A DNA stretch of 58,224 nucleotides, the filler included, from Platydemus manokwari (lineage: Eukaryota): NCBI GenBank assembly GCA_037951405.1. It is 5 parts of 5 records of this genome, joined end to end, with 100 filler letters (N's around TTAATTAATTAA, not from the genome) between each part and the next. Parts side by side here need not be neighbours in the genome. Positions count along the whole stretch, not along the records: positions 46,135 to 58,224 come from JBBMOY010306669.1; 4 more parts are not named here. One strand, given 5' to 3'. Both the position numbers and the translations under genes were made by a program. The notes under the pieces are model-generated. The model did not search any database. It was not told where the DNA came from and saw only the letters and a program-made list of their open reading frames with translations. Below are positions 51,325 to 58,224 of this stretch, piece after piece; position 1 is the stretch's first letter, and every line of letters begins with the position of its first letter.

Positions 51325-54300
51325 GTTATTTAAATCTTCGAAAAATAAATTCAACTTGACATTCTCATAATCATTATAATAAAAAAAATGCTAAAATTAA
51401 CATTATGATTAAAATAAAAATTTGATAAAATGAAAAATCATTTATAAAATGTCATGAAAAAATCATCAATAAATTAAAATAAATCACGATCAGACTAGCA
51501 AAGTAAAAATCAATATATAACGATTAAGACTAGTAGAATAGGAAAATATAACAATTAAGAAAAATAAAATAAATTATTTTTATTTCATAAATATAAAATC
51601 AATAGAATAAAATCAGTCAGCTCCATTTGGCTACAAAAATTAGCATAAACATTTAAGTCCATGCAGAACATTTCACTAACACAAAACCGTCAAAACAAAT
51701 CTATTCACATGGAAACTCAATTAACTTCAAGACTCGTTATTTAAAATTGCAGATCTCTTTACAGAAAAATTAGCAGTACTTTGGAGAAACTTTCGACGAG
51801 AAGGAATAAACGCAAACACTATCAATATTTTCATAGAAGCTTCAAAGATAATAATTTTTAAAAAATGAATTTAAAAAATCTTAAAATTGCCTTTAACTTG
51901 TTAAAGATTGTCGAGGTAATTTTATAGTAATTATAAATTCGAATTACAAATGTACAATTTGTAAACGGTGTAACAATACTATAGCTATTATCAGAAGGAT
52001 TTTAATCAATAATTATATTTACTCAAAAATCGTCAACTTATCTGGACTCCAAACAGATAAGAGGTTGTTATCGCTTGATCGCTCGTTTAATATAATAAAA
52101 AATAATATTTAAATATATAAGTGATGATGTACTAAAATATAATGAATAAAAATAAAATAGAACTAAATAAAATGTATTGACAATCAAAAGTTAATAATCT
52201 GAGTACAATAAATTTAAAATACTAAAGGCGGTGTTCGCTTTTGTGGGAGTCAAGAGTGTCAGTCAAGAAAACAGTAAAGGGCGTACCGCTTAGGTTCTCG
52301 GGTAAGCCTCTCGTGACAAAAATGAAGGTGGGTAACTCGAAGTAGAACTTATAAAATTTAGTAGATCACAAGGCTAAAACTAGTCGTGGGTCAAATTTTA
52401 ATTGAACAGTGCACAAATTTACTTGTAGGATGCCTAATAAAATTCTTCAAAATCTGCGTATCAAAATTGGCATACAATATAATAGCTTCGTAATTGAGCT
52501 TCGTCAAAAATTTAATACAATTTATAGTTGTAATTAGTCGAAGTGCGGAGTGCGAAGTGCGATGATTCTCTGTTTTTGCCAGTATTTATACCATTTTGTG
52601 TATTATTATGAGTTATCTATCTTGTTGCTATTTTTGGTAACATTCTATGCTTAGTAGCATATGTTGCTAATTTTAGCATATATATGGGTTACTATTTTTA
52701 GTCTTAGTGTCTATTTTTAGCAACTAATGTGGTTATTTATGTTTTCCGTTCATCGAAAGTTCTATTTTTAGATTTCGATGCGGTTTTTCCTAATGACCTT
52801 AATATCAATTAGTTTTGATGCAGTAAAACAAATTTAAAATTTTTATGAATATTTTTGTAATTTCTGGCATTATTATTTTCTTAATTTGCGACTTGTTTTG
52901 AAAAAATTATATTGATTTATGTTTATTTTTTGGTTATTTTGGTTGTGTCAAAATGGCCCGTTTAGTTCCCCACAACTTGTTAAAATGATTGCAATGAAAT
53001 ATAATTTTGTTCCCCTTTTTTGTTCCCCTTTAATGAGTGTTTTATAAAATGCTAGAGACTCACATGGCGACCACAAATTTGGATACTATTCTGAGTAGTT
53101 AGATGACATGAAATTATAGAAAAAAGGAGGAAAAATTAGATTAAATACATAAAAGATGTAAAGAAGATATAGAGAAGATATAAGGACAGCATACATTAGA
53201 TTGAAGAAATAAAAAATTTTATCAAGATTTTAATATTCAGGGAATTTAATACAAAGATAATTTAGAAGATATAGAAAATCAAAGATTTTAAAGATAGATG
53301 GTTTGAGAATTTTAAAATTATAATGATGATTTTGTAAAAATGGATTTAGACGATATCATAATCACATTTTACTCGTTTAAATAATTGTAGCTAAATATAA
53401 TTTGTGTATTGACTTTTCAGTTAGTTTCCAGGAGGTAAATCTCATGCATTTAATGATAAAAGTTTTGAGTTATTAAAGGCCCCTCCCTTGTGGCATTGTT
53501 TATAATTTCAGTACCGAACTATTGGTATATGAGATAAAGGCTTGATGAAAAGTTAAAGTTTGCTTTAAACGATAACGAGTAGTAATGAAAAAGTTTAAAC
53601 AACATATTTCCTTACTGTGTTTACTCGTGTTGAGTTTCTGCTGTTTATATGTTGTATGAAACCTATAAGTGTGAATTCAAATTTAATTGATAGGTGTTTT
53701 ATTCTATACAGAGGTCATTAAATCAACACACGACAATTACTCTTTCAAAAATTTTATTTAAAGAAAAATTTCAATTCATATACACTGGTGAACTCAAACT
53801 ATGGAAGAGCACGAGCTTAAGTAGCACCTTAATGGTTTTAAGTGTATTGATTTTTAATTTTTTTATTTTTGTTCAAAAGTCTCCCCAATCTTTTTGGTGG
53901 ATTATAATTTAGTTAATTATTAAAAATGTTTTTACCAAAGAAATGTTATTGATTTTTATTCTTATATGCTTCAAAAGCTCAACAGATATTACACGGCTTG
54001 AAATTGCTCTGTATTCCTAAGTTAATTGCAAATATATGAAATTCTCTTGAATCGCAGTTCAAAACTCAGAATTCGAAATCTCATATCCGTGATATGTGAT
54101 CGTTTCATGTTAACTTATATAATCGGTGACTTTGGGTATTTTGTAGCCGTCGACCATGCCGAAAAATTTATCAATTTTTGTACCTTGAATGGCAATTTTA
54201 GTTAAATATTCTGACATTTGAAAACCTAAAATGATAATTTATTGACATTATAATGATTAAACTTTATTAATTTTCTTTATTTGATTTTTCTTATTCAATT

Positions 54301-57300
54301 TATTCTTTTTTGGAATTTATTAAATAATAATTTAAATTTTATAAATAATAATAGATATTTTATAATCATTGGATACAATATTTTTACAAAATCAAATTTA
54401 TACAATTTGCAAAATCGATATCAAAATCGTAAATAAAATGTAAATAGCCGGATTTGAAGTAAAGGTAGAATAATTTGCCGTAGGCTTCTTCAAATAATAA
54501 TAGACTGAATTGCTGAAAGGCTTCTTCAAAATTTTCAATAGATCAATAAACTATTAGTCTAAATGTTTTGCCAATAAAGGTTTCGTCGTAATAATAATAA
54601 ATTGGTACACGTTCGTTGAATGTTTCGTCAGATAAACGCTAAGTCAGAATAATTTTGTAATCGTCTGTTTAACTAATTAACCGCGTATGATAAAGTGCAA
54701 TCAAACTGAATTTTCTTGCTCTTATATACTGATTTTGTAGGTCGCATGCGTCAAATCAGTGTGTTGATTTTTTGTCCTCTTTTGTTTCTTAATTTAGAAC
54801 CTCTCTAGACGTCATGCCTAAATTTAGCAACAGCCTACTGTTTTAGCTACTTGAGTTGCTAAATTTACCTACACAATTTGTAGTACTGACGTGGTTACTA
54901 AAAATAGATATTGAAATAATTTCTTGCTTTTGACCTTGGGTTCTACCTGGGTGACTTTGAGGTCATTTAAACAAAAGAATTTGTTACAGAAAAACAACAA
55001 AATTTTTTTCTTATTTTTAAATAATTTTATGTGAAAATTTTGAATTTTATTCATTTTATTTTTTCTATCTAGTCTAAGAATTTTTAAAATATAATTTTTT
55101 ATGTTTTTAATTTTTTTTCTTATATTTATATTTATGATTGCATTATAGTTTAATGTGTCGAGTAAGGTCGGATTCCATATAACTAAGAATAAGAATAATA
55201 GCTTTTATTTGTAATGATTTTCCGACTTGTCTTTCGATTTTAATGCTTTTGTTGGGTTCTGAAGCTTATAAACTCTTCCTAAAAATGAGTTCGATTAAGA
55301 CTAATCAGGTTTAAAATCAAATAAACCCTCTTTACTATCAGTTTATTTAAATTGTTTAATAAATTATCATGTAATTCTTATTTTCTAAAATAATTATTCA
55401 ATAAATCAAAAATCAATGACGATTCAAATAGAAAAAATTCTCTATTGAAAATAAATGTTCGACTTTAAAAATAATTTACAATTCAATAATACCAAAATAT
55501 TTTAATTAATTGACGAACAAACACTCCTTAAATTAAGATTTTTTCAAAGAAACAAATTTGACTCAAACGATTTTATGGTGGTAAGTGGCTTATTCGAATT
55601 TGACGAATCTACCAATACAGTAATTTAATATGTTTAGAAATATAGATTTTAAAATTTGCAATTAGACAAGTTGTTCAAATCTTCGCACCTTTAATTTCGT
55701 TCAATTGAAATGTAAAATCCAATATTTCCACAAATTTGCTAATTTTCTTTTGTAATATTCTGAGCTTGCTGTTTCGTCTCCTAAATAACCGTATTACAAA
55801 TGACAGTTTTAAGTTTAAATTTCAAGCTTGAGTTATATCGCTTAGATTTATATGAGTGAAAAATTCTAATTTTTGCAGTATTTTTATACTATTTTAGAAG
55901 TGGAAATTTTATTTAAGAAATTTGAAATATTTTTATTGTTCCGTTTCGAAATTAAAATTAATTTTATTTTTCCAAAAATTTATTCAATTTTTTTTGAAAA
56001 TTTGTTTTATTAATTCTCATATATTTGAAATTGCAAGAATTTTTAGAAATTTTAATGAATTAATTCTGGAATTTTTATAGTAAATTAGCCCACTTAAACA
56101 AATTTCGTTTTTTATAAGTAAAATTTTATTTCTGTTATTATTATTATTTTAAGCGTTCAATTTTATTTTAATTTTAATTTAACTTTAATTATTTTTATCA
56201 AAATTATTAATTATATCATTTTCAAAATATTATTATCACATATACACCAATATTACTGATATACATTGAAAATCGAGGAAGGACTTGGGAATATACATTT
56301 GCTAAGATAAAGATTGAAGATAATTAGAATATAAATTAAATCAAAAAAGTTAAAATGAATTTACACATGATTGGGATCGAACTCCTCATCAATGTCCACT
56401 CGTTTGTATAGTTCTCACCACCTTGACGATTCGATTTGTGCTTCGTTGATGATTGTCCGCTCTGATTCATTTTCCAGCTCTGGCTGACTCTCCCAGGTTT
56501 ATTTCAAAGATCGACAATGCGGTACCAGTTTCCATAATCGTCCAGCTCAATTAGCTTTTGAGTGCTGGTGCTCGAGCACCTTTCCAACACTTTTATGGTA
56601 AAGGTTAGCGGTCTAGGTTATCTTACAAACTCAGTATCGATTTATTCAAACGTATATTATACAACGACTTGTGCCTAAAAATCTCAAAATTTCAGACGAG
56701 TTTTTTTTTAATAATTTAGTATTAAATTTATTTTAAAAATTTTAAGAATATTTGGCATAAATAGCGCATAATAAATTCTCCCCTTACCATGTAAGATGTA
56801 GAATTCTTATATTTGTCTCATATAAGAATTAACTTAAGTCTCATTAATTTATGAGATTTGAATTGGATAACACAATATCAACATTAAATAGTTATCGATC
56901 ATATTCTAAATAGTAGTAGTTTAAGTGTAGTTAGATAAGAATAATTGCAAAGATAACCTGTTAATATGTTAAGGTTTGGGGATATCAACAATTTTAAAGA
57001 CAATTATTTGAAAAAGTTTTATGAAAGTAGTTTTAATATTGAATTCTGAAAGTTTTGAGGTTAATATAAAATAAACACAGTATAAATTAAGTCCAAGATA
57101 ATATGGTATAACAAGGTCATTTAATGTTTATAATATTTATCAAAATAATATAACTTGAAAATATTTTAAAAAAAACCATTAAAATTTCCTCTATAATAAA
57201 TTTTCCCATAAAATAATATTAACAAATAACAATAACTTTAATAAATAGAGTGTCGCGCACAATAAATTAAATAATCATACTGAATAATTTTCATCGTAAA

Positions 57301-58224
57301 ATAAAATAGCCATGCATTAAATTTAATGCAGAGAATTTCTATAATAAAATTAATTGAGACGAATTTCTTTCTGCCACAATAAATTTTAGTGCACTAAACA
57401 TATATGTATTGCATTAAATAATAATTGTACAGAATATCTAATGGTAACTCATTGCTGTCATATAAGACTGTGGCCATAATTATTGCATGCATAATTGAGA
57501 CTGATTAAAACCACACTAATAGAAAGTACAATTAAATTGATATTGTTAAAGGACCCAACAAGAACCAATGCCTGTCGAATTTGGCATAAAGAATTACGGA
57601 TAAAAGCAAATGTCGTTGAGAAAATTAGCAGATGTTCGAATTTCGTTGTATTAATCTTAAATCAATTTTGAAAATTGTGAAATTATACAATTACATAATC
57701 ATTATAAAAAAATAATAATTCATTAGTAGTGTTCCTAATGTAGGCAGTAATTGAATGTTAATCATCATTCGAGCCATCGACATCAATGAAGAAAGTGCTA
57801 ATTACCTATACCTGTATAACATAAAGAACAATGTCAACCTAATTGACCAAATGGACAGTGTAGATCTTGAAATTCAATGATAAGACTCCAAAATGAAGAT
57901 AAAAGAAGAGTAACAGTTTAGTGACTACCAAGTTCAGGAGTTTGACCCCAAAATGGCGAATTTCAAATCTTATGCTTGTGTTGCTAGACAGTCAAGCTAC
58001 TGTGAAATTAATCTTCTCAAATCAATAATAACTTAAAAACTATTGTTAATATCAATAAATCACCATTAAGCAAATGTAAAAAAATCATTACATGTTTACT
58101 ATTTTTTAAGTAACCAAAATCGATTACTTAAAATTAAATAAATATTCGGCTAAAGTTAAAAAAAAGGGTCCTAAAATAAAATTTTAAAATTGTGGAGTGT
58201 ATTGCAAAAATTTATATAGATTAT

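Noticed and set aside
57313-57330. 18-bp perfect palindrome TGCATTAAATTTAATGCA
   Set aside because: AT-rich and isolated, so plausible by chance or as transposon debris. No supporting context.

Overview
This is very AT-rich eukaryotic (metazoan) genomic DNA with many 44-60 nt GT-AG introns and (AAT)n microsatellites. That pattern fits a triclad planarian or other flatworm, but this is inference only. The window is not one contiguous locus. Four identical 100-nt artificial spacers (N44-TTAATTAATTAA-N44) join five separate contigs, so gene adjacency across them carries no information. Gene models were built by hand from splice sites and reading-frame phase. They are: two exons of an atlastin/GBP-family GTPase; the 3' end of a RING-finger gene; an intronless class A GPCR; a complete 6-exon RREB1/hindsight-like C2H2 zinc-finger gene with an N-terminal SRRKQxKP (NuRD-recruiting-type) motif; a TSNAXIP1-like coiled-coil gene; a complete 9-exon asparaginase/ankyrin (ASPG) gene with a 26-nt micro-exon; and a 12-exon Ig-domain type I membrane protein with an L1/neuroglian-like tail that lacks FIGQY. 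The rest is transposon debris (mariner, hAT, a pogo-derived MITE, a deleted Tc1/mariner-superfamily element, non-LTR RT remnants, a four-copy solo-LTR-like family) and simple repeats. I found no convincing novel multi-gene system. The best leads are the unusual protein architectures listed under findings.
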